The notes below the pieces were generated by a model that worked only from the letters and a program-made list of their open reading frames with translations, did no database searches and was not told the origin of the DNA. Positions 1 to 11,943 of a DNA stretch of 64,000 nucleotides are shown piece by piece. The stretch is from assembly GCA_964035575.1 (NCBI GenBank), contig OZ037846.1, positions 992,001-1,056,000 of the forward strand, given 5' to 3'. The translations under genes were made by a program, and so were the position numbers. The first letter of the stretch is position 1. Each line of letters opens with the position of its first letter. The stretch comes from Rhynchopus sp. YZ270_cl-10 (taxonomy: Eukaryota).

Positions 1-189
1 TGTTGATCGCATCCATCCGACGAGCGCGTCTTTCATTTCCAGACGTATTGCATACTCGTACAAAAACAAACCACCTCCAACACAAAAAAAAAGCATATAG
101 TGGAGCACACTCTAGGGTGGCTACACTAATACAACCAAGTTTCCAAAAAAAAACAAAAAAAAACAAACAAGAGCAAACATATTTCAAAA

Positions 190-684
190 CAGGGGCTCCG
201 CTACCGTATAAAGTTCTGTTGCGGCGCAACAGAAGTCTGAAAATTTTCAAAAAAAAAAAAAAAAAAAAAAAAAAACCATGGTTGAACCACGAGAGTACCA
301 TGGGGAACTGGGTTGCTGACCGCACCATCCAGGCTGTACCTCAATTTTTTTTTGCCTGCGGCGCCATTTTTCCTTTTTTGCTTCGCAAAAAAGGATTCGA
401 TGTGTGACTCTGCTGTAAAAAGCTAGATTTTTACACTGTACCCTAAATTTTTTTTCGCCTGCGGCGCCATTTGTTTGATTTTTTTTTTTGCTTCGCAAAA
501 AAAAAATACAGTTCCCTATGTTCCCAATGTCCCTGCTCAGCAGTGCTGAAAAATTTTTGGGCACAAAAACAGCTGACCCCCCTATTTTGAAATCTGAATC
601 CCTGGATAAGACACTGGCGCAGGGTGAAAAAAAAAACCCCGCAACAGAACTCAAAAAAAATCTGAAAACGTAGCGGAGGGGCTG
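190..684. mobile_element. Non-autonomous hAT-type element (MITE)
   Basis: Imperfect TIRs (CAGgggCTCCGCTAC at left; right end reverse-complements to CAGcccCTCCGCTAC). Perfect 8-bp TSD TTTCAAAA at 182-189 and 685-692. Interior recurs inverted at ~63680-63980. Confidence 0.85.
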
Positions 685-880
685 TTTCAAAACAAAAAAA
701 AAAAAAAAAAAAACAAGAGCACAAATCAAACATAACAAAAATTTCATAAATACCCCATTCAAACACCCCCACTCCCCTTTTACTACCCTCCTCAGCCCTA
801 AATAACACCCCCCCCCCCACAGAGTAACTCTCTATACCCCTTATTTTTATTTTCTTCCCCACTTTTTTGTTTCAAAAAAC

Positions 881-1477
881 ATGGCAGTCCGTGGGTATGT
901 GGGACTTCTTAAGCTCCCGAAGTTGCGTCTTCCCCCACGAGTCGCAGTCGTGGAGGCGAGCGAACCTGCAGTTATCGCGGTAGCCGACAAGACCGTTCTC
1001 CTCCCACGCCTGACCCTCCCAGTTCGCCAGTACGACAGCGACAGCGATGATGAGTCCCTCTGCCCCGAGCTGCTCCGCTCCCCTCCGTCCTCCCCTAGCA
1101 GTTCTTCGGTGTCCTCTTTGTCTTTCATGGAGCGCGGGATCGCGTCTGCCTGTACTTCTCTTGCAGGGAGCTTGAAGATTTTGGGTGCGTCGTGGAAAGG
1201 AAGCAGTTTTGGGCTTCCATCGAACACCCGTGGACGGAGAAAACGGCCGAAAAGGTACACAAGAAGCTGCAGTAGCAGTACCATTTCAACCAGCACCGCA
1301 AGCAGTACGGATACCAGCAGAACCAGCAGAAGCAGCAGCAGTGGGAGCAGTAGCAGCAGTGCGAGCACCGCGATGGTGAAGCTGTCGCGTGTGTCCTCCT
1401 ATTCATCAAACGCAACTGATACTTCGACAGCGTCGTCCTCTTCACTCGCCTCTTCGCTGGCCCCATGCGAGCTCTAA
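881..1477 (+). CDS. Hypothetical Ser-rich low-complexity protein (198 aa)
   Basis: ATG-initiated ORF that coincides with a GC-rich island in AT-rich flanks; basic patch GRRKRPKR; no recognisable domain. Confidence 0.4.
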   Translation: MAVRGYVGLLKLPKLRLPPRVAVVEASEPAVIAVADKTVLLPRLTLPVRQYDSDSDDESLCPELLRSPPSSPSSSSVSSLSFMERGIASACTSLAGSLKILGASWKGSSFGLPSNTRGRRKRPKRYTRSCSSSTISTSTASSTDTSRTSRSSSSGSSSSSASTAMVKLSRVSSYSSNATDTSTASSSSLASSLAPCEL

Positions 1478-1550
1478 CAACCTACAGCAGTGTGAGGGGG
1501 GGAAAAAAACGCTCTCTAAAAAGTTGTTTGAAAAGAAGAGAAAAAAAAAA

Positions 1551-1630
1551 CTGTCCATACCGATTAAGTACAAAGCCTTCGGGCGACATTGTGTACAGAT
1601 CCTACCTCGGTAGGTGATTGTCGATACAAC
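1551..1630 (+). repeat. Structured repeat family C, copy 1 (others ~1961-2058 and ~7247-7373)
   Basis: Shared layout: outer stem, TTCG hairpin, GTACAGA, variable hairpin, TGATTG, closing stem, A-run. Stems differ in sequence between copies but still pair. Confidence 0.7.
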
Positions 1631-2344
1631 AAAAAAAAGAAACAGAGTTTTTAAGGAGCTTTAAAAGGTCTGGGAGGGGGGAGGGGGGGGGAGGGGATAT
1701 GGAAGGCATTACACGAATGGTTCCTGAGGGGAGGGGGGGTTTTTTTTTTGAATCATTGATAGGTGTAGAGACACCTCGCTTTTTTCGTGTGAGATCTACA
1801 CTTTTTTGCTTTTTGGTGTGTGGTCTGGGGCAAGGGTGTTCCACATAGCCTTTATTAGGGCTGCTCGGACCCTTGTGTTTTGATTTTGTTTTCTTTTTTC
1901 TTAAAGTGCCAAGTGAAGACTGTCTTGTGTGATAGCACTAAGTTAACAGACTATAAAAAAGTTGTCTATACCTTCCGTGGTACAAAAAGGTTTCGGCCAA
2001 CATTGAGTACAGACCCTAGGTTCCCCAAGCGGGTCCTTAGGTGATTGTCGACACAGCAAAAAAAAAGAAGAAGAAATAGTGCAGATTTGCGTAACGTTGG
2101 GGAAAACGCACAGAGAAGTCATTTATTTTTTGTTTCAAAAAAGCAAAAAACAAAAGCAGTTTATTGTCTAAGAATGCTTCCTCAAAAAAGGGGAAAACAA
2201 ATAAAGGTGATTTGTTCTGTGGTTTGTTTCCTAATTGATTTTTTTTCCAAGGTCACAGCACAAGATATCATCACTCTTCTAATTTTGTCTTTTGTTATTT
2301 TAGTTCCGTTTTCTTTTTCTTTTTTTTGATAACGAATGTGATCA

Positions 2345-2379
2345 AAGGTGACTAAGCACAGAGAGGCTTAGGGTCATCT
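2345..2379 (+). repeat. Hairpin family B (AAGGTGACTAAG-loop-GAGGCTTAGGGTCATCT)
   Basis: Further copies at ~5824, 6278, 7673, 9518, 12020, 12190, and degenerate ones at ~20728 and 22385; all in the same orientation. Confidence 0.8.
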
Positions 2380-4775
2380 AAAAAAACCCCCATTTTTTCT
2401 CCCTTTTTTTTTGTCTCAAAAGGAAGAAAAGGTGAGGATGCCAAAAAAGAGTGCAGAAATTCTTGTCGATAGGTGGGTACGGTAGTACAGAGTAACTCCG
2501 ACACACATCACATAAACGCTGTGTGATATAGTGGAGCTCACCCTCGGGTGTCTACACGGGACCGTTTGCAAAACTTCCCTTTTTTTTTCTTTTTCTTTTT
2601 AACCTGGTGGACAAAAAACTCCATCTTTCGATTGAAAAGAATATCTCAATCATCTTTTTAACGCACACTACCTTGTGAGCGGTGTCACCGTCGTTCGCTC
2701 ACCCCAACCGTGCTCCGCAGCAGCACCACCCCGACAGAGTGTGGAAGCGTCAACGCATCAAACAACTACAAGAAAGGGGGGGTGAGGGAACGACACGTGC
2801 CACTTTTCTTTCTTTCCGGTTGTTGTTGTTTTTTATACACTTCCCTAGTGCTTTCAAATTTTATTTGAAAGTATATGAATTTGTTTCTTTCCAACTGAAA
2901 ATATCAACGCAAATCATCGATGCTAACAGCTGACGTTGTGTGTTAAGGGCCCACCCCGAAGGGGGTGATGTCCCTAAGGCACTATCCTAGAAATGAGGAA
3001 ATTAAAGATTATGGGTTCAGGGGGGGGAGTACATTCGCAAGGTTATATTTTCCCATCGATGATGTCTCCACAAAAAGCAAGTTGTCTTTCCAATATTGTT
3101 AAACCACTCCTATCAGTCACTCCTTTTCTTGTAAGTGAGGCTTCAACAGGAATGAGTCGCGATCTCAACAAAGAAGCGCAGCTACCTTTCATCCTTACAA
3201 AGTACTACAATGAAATGAAATACCCCCCCTTCTTTATTTATTCGTTGTTTGTTGTTTGTTGATCGCATCCATCCAAAAGTCCCGAAATACCCCGAAAACC
3301 CGCGTCCTGAAGTACGGGGGAGAGGTGGAGCACAAAAGGGGGGAAGGGGAAACGGTAAGACTCATGGCAACCGAAGAACGCGTCTTTCATTTCCAGACGT
3401 ATTGCATACTCGTACAAAATACAATACAAAAAACAAACAGAGTAGCACAAAAACAAAAAACAAAAACAAAACAAACTTTCACACCCTCTCACCTACCATT
3501 CACATTCAGACGTGAATAATAGGCGTAACGTGAATGCTACTAACACGAGGAGGAGGCCGAAGTGGGGTTTTTTAGACCGTGTTCTTCTTCTTTTTTCAAG
3601 ACAAGATTTAATTTGGTGATTTTTGTTCCTTTTTTTTCACCGCGTCTTTCCCAGGATGGGGCACAACCCTCGGACAGGGAGGGTTTTGTTTTTCTGTTCG
3701 CCTCATGAAATGAAGGAGGAAATAGAAAGCATTTTTGAACACTTTTGCGGTTCTGGGGGACGAACCGCCCTGCAGAGCCACGCCTCACAACAAACAGGTC
3801 GAGGTGTTGTGCGTTTTCACCACAAATTTTACACAACCTCTCTCCCATGGGTTTTTATGTGTGAGGAGGGTTAAGTTTCGATTTTTGTGTTTTAACTCTC
3901 ATTTAAAACTGGCGACTTTTTGTCTACAGCCAAACAAAATTTTGTGTTTTGCAGCAAATGATGTGAGTAACTCGACCCAAAGTTTGACTGAATCTCCCAT
4001 TCGTCCTGGCCAACAGAACGACCGGGGAAGGCAACTCCACCTGTTTCATCATTTTTTTTCAGCAACCAAAGGAAAAAAAGCGCAAAATTTGTCTTCACTT
4101 TTATTTTTTTTTTAAACTCCCAAAATGTCCCTCTTTCCCGTCTGCACCCCTCCGTTTTAGTATCAAACGTTATCTTTTCTCCCCTTCTTCTTTTCCCTTC
4201 TTGATAGTGTGCACGAGAGGCAAGTTCATCTTACAAAAAACAAAGCAAAACAAAATACCAGGCTTCGACTAGCATCGAGGACAAAACTCCCAACATGGCA
4301 ACAAAAAGGCTAACCCACATACAGTCCAAAATAACTTCACGTCAAGAAAAAAATTTGACAGTGGAGATTGCACAACTGTGGCAACACTACCGAGGCAACA
4401 CCACTCCAACAATTTATCAAAGAAAAGCTTTGACGGATTTGGGGGTTATTTGACAACCTTTTTTTTTTTTTTGACGTCAGGAATATTTGGACTACTGTAC
4501 AATGTTGTTGCCATGAGTACCGTGTGCGTAGATAGGTTGAACCATATTTTTTTTTCTTGTACTACTAATACTGACAATACAATGCCCAAAGAATTGGGCG
4601 AGATTCTCATCTTCAGTACAGCGCGAACAATTTTTCCTTTTTCCTTTTTCTCTTCAGCACACATCACTAGTGTTCCCTTAAAGTACGCTACCACCCTTTT
4701 TTCTCTTTCTTTGTGCACAACTATCTTTTTTTGGTCATGTACCAAAGGTACACTGTCACGAGAGGGCTTTGTATT

Positions 4776-5743
4776 GGGGTGGCATCAAAACAAAAAACGC
4801 GGACAATGTCCGTGTTTTTGGGGAATTTCAGACCCCCCCCTCCCCCCCCCAAAACGCGGACATTTTTGGTTTTTTTTCCCCCTATTTTTTGCTGGTTTTT
4901 GGGTGACGGGGTGCAAATTCGTGACCCAAAACACAGTTTTTTGGCATTTCCGGAATCCGTCCAGAAAGTGGTGGGGTCAATCTCGAAAATTGGACAATTT
5001 TTTGACCACTTAAATTTTTGAAAATATGAGCCCGGTCACTAATACGTGGGGCCCATTTTCGGCCAAAAAATGCTGCTGAAAAAAATTTTCTGGTGAAAAT
5101 TTTTCAGCCTCAAAACATGCCGCAATTGGCATTTCCGGAATCTGTCCGCGCTGTGGTGGGGTCAATTTGCCGAAATGGCCAAGTTCTTGGTTTTGGTCAA
5201 AATGAGTGTAAGGTAAAGGGGCCAAGGTAAATCCCACAACGCAGATTTGAAACCATGAAAAACCATTGAAACCATGAAAATGCGCAAAAACACCGGCATT
5301 TGCATTTCCGGAATCCGTCCTTTCTGTGGTGGGGTCAATTTGCCAAAATGGGCAAGTTCTTGATTTTGGTCAAAACCCGTCGTGTAAGGTCAATGGGTCC
5401 AAGTGTTTGCCTGTAGAAACACGTGGTAGCAGGGGTTTTAGGGCCCCCCATGCGTGTACATTTTGCAAAAAAAAACGCGGGCATCTTGTATTTTTTATTT
5501 TGCCCGAAAACACCGGCATTTGCATTTCCTGAATCCGCCGGTTCTGTGGTGGGGTCAATTTGCCGAAATGGACGAGTTTTTATAAATTTTGGTCAAAATC
5601 GTGTACAACCCCGGCAAAGAAAAAAAATTTCCAGGAAAAAAAAACCCCAAAATGTCCGCGTTTTCTGGAATTTCAGACCCCCCCCCCCCCTCCCCCCCCA
5701 AAAACGCGGACATTGTCCGCGTTTTTTGTTTTGATGCCACCCC
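4776..5743. mobile_element. MITE with long TIRs, possibly PIF/Harbinger-like
   Basis: TIR GGGGTGGCATCAAAACAAAAAACGCGGACAATGTCCG at both ends; 3-bp ATT on both flanks; four internal ~190-bp related units, also present inverted at ~28350-28800. Confidence 0.8.
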
Positions 5744-6414
5744 ATTTCAAGTCAACTTTTTTTTTAAAAAGATGTGTGCGCACGAGAGAGACCCAGTTCA
5801 TCTGACAATTTTCCTCTGTTTTTAAGGTGACTAAGAGGCTCGTCGTGAGGCACGAGAGGCTTAGGGTCATCTTATAAACTTTTCTTTTTTTTTTTTTTTC
5901 ACCCCTCCAGCTTTTCTCTCTTTTTAGAAGTACCCTCTGCGTTGTCCCTTCTTCATCCCCATCTTTCCTCTTCAGTAAGATGGCAACAAAAGCCACAGAA
6001 ATTCGCATTTTTTCCCCCCGGGGTTTTATGGTATTTTTAAAAAGGTAACCTAAATACCACAAACCCCCTCTTTTTTATGTGTTTTAAGCATCCTGTGAAA
6101 AAATGGCTGCTATCTTAATAGTACGTCTATAATCAAACAAAGAAAATTTTCATGTGTGTGCACAAGAGGCACACTCAGTTTTTCATTACCCCCTTTTTTT
6201 TTTCAGTGCCTGCCATCCGCCGATGAACGGCGATTCTCTCAGACACTCCCTCGTCTTTGTCTTCTCGCCATGTTTTTAAGGTGACTGAACCGCAGCGAGG
6301 CTTAAGTTCATCTTATCATTTGTCTCTCTTTCAACAAAACTACTGCGTCCACCATACTTTTTTTATTTAACAACCTTCAACCCCTGCAGGGTCACAACCC
6401 AGGGTGGTAAGGTG

Positions 6415-6815
6415 CACGACGCCTCATGTCAGCGTGACATGCAGTTTGTTTGGTCATATGATGTCATTTACCGTCTTCGCAAAAATGTTCGACTAAAGTT
6501 CGTCCTTTTCCGGATTTTTCTGGAAGTTCGTCCTTTTTTACGGTCATTTTTACGAAGACGGTACATATCATAATGACATGTGGTATGTGTCATTCTGTAC
6601 AGAACACACACTTTTCCATGGTGTATTGTTCTAACCCCCCTAAGGCCATCCCCTCAGGAATAGGCGAGCTTCAATAAACCTTAGAAAAGTGTGTGTTCTG
6701 TACAGAGAATGACACGTACCAGCACATACCAGATGTCAATTACATGTCATGATGACATGTGCAGGTTTTACCATGGCATATGGTATGGCTTGTGACACTG
6801 ACATGTGGCGTCGTG
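6415..6815. mobile_element. CAC-terminal MITE
   Basis: ~25-bp imperfect TIR CACGACGCC(T/A)CATGTCAG..; no TSD seen. Confidence 0.6.
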
Positions 6816-8228
6816 AAAAGTATTGAAATCGATGTACGAGAGGGGGTAAAGGGTCAATATTACAACCCCGGATTTTAAGGAAAATTTTGGCCGAAACTGG
6901 GCCCCGCCCATCAGTGAGGGGACTCATATAGTTTCAAAGTTTAAGTGGTCAAAAAATTTTCCAATGTTCAACATCCCAGCACTGTACTTCAATTGCAAAT
7001 GCTTATTTATTTATTTTCTTTCCACCTCAGAAGAACTCACCCCCTTCGAGATACGCATTTCTTTTTGTGCCTCTTGTATTTTTATTTTGCGATCTGTGCC
7101 AGGTTCGTTCTTGGGTTTTGGGGTTTGGGTTCATTAACAAAAAACAGTATAGTGAAGCACACTCTGGGGGTGGTTACACTAATACAACCAAGTTTTCAAA
7201 AATGAAAAGATTATTCGGAATTTCCTTTACCGATAAAGCAGCGACCTTGTAGTGTCTAATGTAAGGTCATTAGGGTGATCTGCATCTCTTCCTTTGTAAT
7301 TCATTTAGCCCTTCGGGCGACTTTAGTGTGTACAGAACCCCGTCCTCGGACAAGGGTGATTGCTGGCACTACATTAAAAAAATAAATAAATAGTGGAGCT
7401 CATCCGGGCCTCTACACTAATACTGAGAACCAAAGGATAGTTCCGAAGTTAAAAAAAAAGCAATTGGAGGATACCATTGGTAAGCAATGTTATTTCAATG
7501 ATGCCAGTTGTGTGCACGTTTAGGAAGACAACTTCCACCGACATCCATTTTCTTGGAACTTCCAGAGGACCGTGCATGACCCATTCCCTAAGAAGGAATG
7601 GGTAAAAAAGGTTTCAAAAAAAAAAAAAAAGAAAACACACCCACATCCCAAAGTCAGTTTCTATTCTTTTGCGAGGTAACTATGCCTTCGAGAGGCTTAG
7701 GTGAATCTTAACTTCTTTTTCTTGTTATTCATCAATTTGCTCGTGCGCTGGGAAGGGAGTTTTTTTGTGTTTCCCCCACCCCCACGGCTCAAGGTGGTGA
7801 CAGGTAGTGCCTGAAAAATACCAGAAAAAAATTTAAAAATGAAATTTCTGCTTCAATTTTTCCAAAATAAACCCCGGCTCAAAGTGGTACCACCGACTAC
7901 TTTTGCCAAAAAAAGGAAAAAAAAAAAAAAAAAAAAAACCAAAGAAATTTTCCCACTCAACAATACTAATAAGAAACGATACTGTTTTTTTTTGTTTGTT
8001 TCTGCTCGCTTCACTCATTACCCCCCCTTTTTTTTTCTTATTGGTTTACCCGCCCCTTTCTTTGAATATTCTTTTTGTTTTTAAAGTCTTTCACTCTCTC
8101 CCTCTATCTCTTTCTCCCTTCCTCTTCCAATTTTTCCCTGAAATCCTTTTTTTTTTAACGAAAAATAGTTTATTTCGTTTCCCAATTTAGTATCAACAAC
8201 AAGCTCCTTGCGTATCCCCACACTCACA

Positions 8229-8467
8229 TACGACGGTGGAGTGAATGAGTTGACTTATGGGTTTTATTTTGTGATTTTTACACTGTTCCGTTCCACCTGG
8301 TTTTTACCCCGCGTAGAGGCGCGCAAAGGCGTGTACGGACGGTCCGTATATGCCTGTACGGTCCTATACACGCCTTTACGCGGGGTAAAAATCAGGTGGC
8401 CATTGTAATCCAACAGTGAAAATCACAAAGTAAAATCATTAGTCACATCGTGTACTTCACCGCCGTG
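8229..8467. mobile_element. Fold-back (palindromic) MITE, CACG-terminal family
   Basis: The whole segment is an imperfect inverted repeat with ends (T/C)ACGRCGGTGRAGT; similar ends at 11710 and 14345/14383. Confidence 0.6.
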
Positions 8468-9833
8468 TACCCAGTATAGTACTACAGTGAAAATACAAAA
8501 CAAACAGAGTATCAAAAATAAAAACCCCTCCGCGGAGGTCCCTCCCCACCCCCTTTCCTCCTCTGGAAAGCGAAGAACTGCCTCTCATGTATGGGGCTAG
8601 GGTATAGGCGAGGGGCGCTGAGTGTGGAGGTGTGTACCATTGAGTGGTCTTTTTTTCATCGGTGTTCAAATTCTAATAAACTACCGTGTTTTTGTACTTT
8701 TTGTTTTGTTTTTGTTTTTGTTTTTTTATCGCCGAAAGATTTATCTTCCTTCGATTATTCGAATTTTTTTTCTTTTCAAAAGTTTTCAAAACGAAGATGT
8801 GCCAGGTTTTTTTAAAAATTATTCCTTCAAAGCTTGCTTTCAAAGGAGAAAATAGTATTACCGTGTACGGTCGCCAAATCATCCCTCAAACAGGAGGATT
8901 TTGTGCAATCAACCAATCAAACAAAAGAACGTTACTTACCTACCCAGATACATATTTTGCTTTGGGTCTCATCTCTCTGCCCAAACACGGATTTTTTTTT
9001 TTTTTTTTGTGAATTCGTTTCAAATTTGTTTAGAGTGTGTACCATCTATACGCGATAGTATTTCAATAGGGTACGTCGGTACGTTGTGAAGACTCCAAAC
9101 ACCTTCGAACATGGTGCAGTACAAGGTTGTCACGAGATGGCCGCTATGTGTGTGTTTGATACCTAAATATGGGGGGGAGGTAATTCTTTTGTGCAGAATA
9201 TGGCCCCCAAAAAATGTGTAAATGTTTGATACATTTGCCCATCAAGTGTGTATGCGTGTTTGAGATCAAGTGTGTGTGGGTTATCCCTAGCTAGCGGCTA
9301 GGTGGGTAGCATTTTGAATATAACCTATAATGCGTGTGTGTGTGTGTTTGATAATTAATAGGGGGTAATTCTTGCGCAGAATATGGCCCCAATGTGCGTG
9401 TGTGGGTTTTGTGTTTTGTTTTGTTTTGTTTTGTTTTTAAATACAGATTCTTGATGATCTTCGTGGCAGACCCAAAGCACTTCAAATACTATTTTGCATT
9501 TTTTTTTAAAAGAAAGAAGAAGACCAAGGTCTGCCGAGAGAGAGGCTTAGGGTCATCTTATAAACTTTTCTTTTTAGTGCCTGCGTCCCAGAGGCGTTTG
9601 CACTATCAACTTCACTTTCTTTTTAATATGGGGCGACGACCCTCACCGTCACCCTCTCGAACAACCGTCGTTTACCACGAAGAGAGAGTAATAAAAAGTT
9701 CTTAATCGTACTTCAAGTACTTTTTGAGGGGTCATGCATCTTGCCGTTTTGCCGTTTGTGTGTTTCCCCCTCTCCTCCCCTCAAAAAAACAAAAAAAAAA
9801 AAAAAAAAAAAAAAAAAACAACAAACATTCGTG

Positions 9834-11401
9834 CAGGGTAGATCCTTAGCGAAAGTGAAAATAAGGATTCGAGATTTTTTATTTTTTTTTCCTTTTTTTT
9901 TTTCCTTTTTTCTCTGGCCCATTTTTTTGGTTACCTACTAATTTCCAGCCACAGAGTGGCACCACCACGGTCCGCAATCGATCCGGAAAGTCAAAATAAG
10001 GGGAAAACCAAAAGGAAAAAAAGTAAAAGTTCGCTACCGTTTTTTTGGCTGGCCTTCGGCCCGCCAATGCCCCTTTAATATTTGTCTTCACTTCATAAGA
10101 CAAGGACCAATGAGTCACTGTCACCTTGCATAAGACAATTTTGAAGCATATTTTTGAAGAACACAATTACTATGTCCACAAACCCGCAAAGCGGACCATT
10201 GTAAAAGGGTTGGTGCTGAGGGTGGAGGTTTCGAAGAAGTGCGTGTGTGTTAAAGGTCGGGTATGGGTCACCTGTACGGAGTATGAGATCCAGTAATAAA
10301 GACTTCAACCGGACCGAGGCAGAAACACAACACTGTTAGGCCAAAATCCAAAAACCCATAGGGCCCCAGTATTGTTGTCGAAAATCCCCACTTAATTTTT
10401 GGTGGGATTTTGAACTTTGCCCAAAAGCTGCGAAAAAAATTTCCGCTCGCTGCGCTCGCGGAGGTTCACCCAATGCGGTCTCGCCTACCCAAACTGCTGG
10501 TGCCTATTTAATTTTAAAATTTAAAATTAAAAATTAAAAAATTAAAAATTTTCTTGCTAATGCCGGGCACTACCACTTTTTTTCAGAATGTTTCTAGAAA
10601 GTATTACCCTTGTCAGAGGGCGCAGTGTCCGACAAGGGTCACAGCCAGAATGTGATTTAATTGTTCAAATACCGAAGGAAAAGGAAGCATGCGAAAGAAT
10701 AAAAGTAGCGTACCGTGCGCCTGCGGCGCAGCTTGCAGCCCTGTTTGGCAGTAAAAATGTGCAATTTTGAGCGCAATTTTTTGAAATGTTGCGTACCGTG
10801 GCTTCGCCAGAAACTTTCGTTTCAGCAAAATCTGGAAGTAAAATTTACGGTAACTGTTGAAAATTACCAACGACAGTGCCGTTTTATGGCAACATTTTCA
10901 GAAATGTTGCGTACCGTGGCTTCGCCATGGGTGCCACGACCGCCGTTTCTTTTTGTAAATATACTGTCACTGCGCGTGCCTGGTGCAAATATCAATACAG
11001 TGCCGAACTCCGCAGTAGGATAACCGAGCAATTCTCACATTCCGCCGGAGGCCCTAACGAGCTGGGTTGGGCTCGACCGAGTTTCAGAGAAAACCCCCAA
11101 AACCTATATTATCCCCTGGGGTTTAGTTCTACGACAGCTGAGATGTGTAAAAAAACACCACTATTCTGCCTCAGTACAGTACCAACCTGCTTGTTGGATT
11201 ATTTTTTTTAGACCGTCACTCAATTTTTCCGCTCGCTGCGCTCGCGGACAAACCATCAACCCCCACGATTTCCCAAAAACCTGAAAGTTAGCGTCAGGCC
11301 TGCGCGGAAAAATTTCAAAAACGGGAGAGAAAAAAAAAGGAAAAAAACGAAAATAAATCTGGGATTTTTAGCGTTTTTAGCGAAAATAAGGATCTACCCT
11401 G
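9834..11401. mobile_element. Non-autonomous hAT element
   Basis: Perfect 15-bp TIR CAGGGTAGATCCTTA; perfect 8-bp TSD CATTCGTG (9826-9833, 11402-11409). Confidence 0.9.
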
Positions 11402-11807
11402 CATTCGTGGACAGTTTCGCCTGACACAAACAAAATGTTTTATTTTCTTTGAAAGTTTCCCCCTCCCATGCAAGGGGGTATCATTCAAGTTTCTCCTTGC
11501 TTTCTCTTTCCACAACATTAAAACACTCCCCCCCCCGCCCCCATGTGCCAGTTTGAGTCTCTTGGCCCAACTATCGCACGGTTCTCGTTCAATTTACTGT
11601 CATCCCATCATTAACTAAGATTCCCCCATGTGTCTTTGCCACCCTTCCCTTCCCTTCCCTTCCCATTTTTGATTTTTCGCTGGGCTTCGAATTTTGATTT
11701 AATACGCAACACGATGGTGCAGTAAATGAATTGACTTGTTGTGTGTTGCATCAGTCACGCTGACATGAGGAGTCGTGCGTGGACTTTGTGATCACCCTAT
11801 CCCACCC

Positions 11808-11943
11808 TAATGGTGGCAGTATTGTGATGGGAGCCCATTGGAATACGCAAAATACATCAAAATACATCACAATGTGTATTGTGATGTATTTCGATGTATT
11901 TTGCGTATTCCAATGGGCTCCCATCACAATACTGCCACCATTA
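11808..11943. mobile_element. Near-perfect palindromic MITE, Mutator-like
   Basis: 136-bp hairpin (TAATGGTGGCAG...CTGCCACCATTA) with a 4-nt centre; 9-bp TSD ATCCCACCC (11799-11807, 11944-11952). Confidence 0.85.

Noticed and set aside
847..1368. Minus-strand Leu-rich ORF resembling a membrane protein
   Set aside because: Antisense reading of the (AGC)n Ser tract; no ATG start.
4290..4770. Possible coding remnant (ORFs 4378-5013 and 4446-4745)
   Set aside because: No recognisable motif, interrupted by homopolymers, and runs into a MITE.
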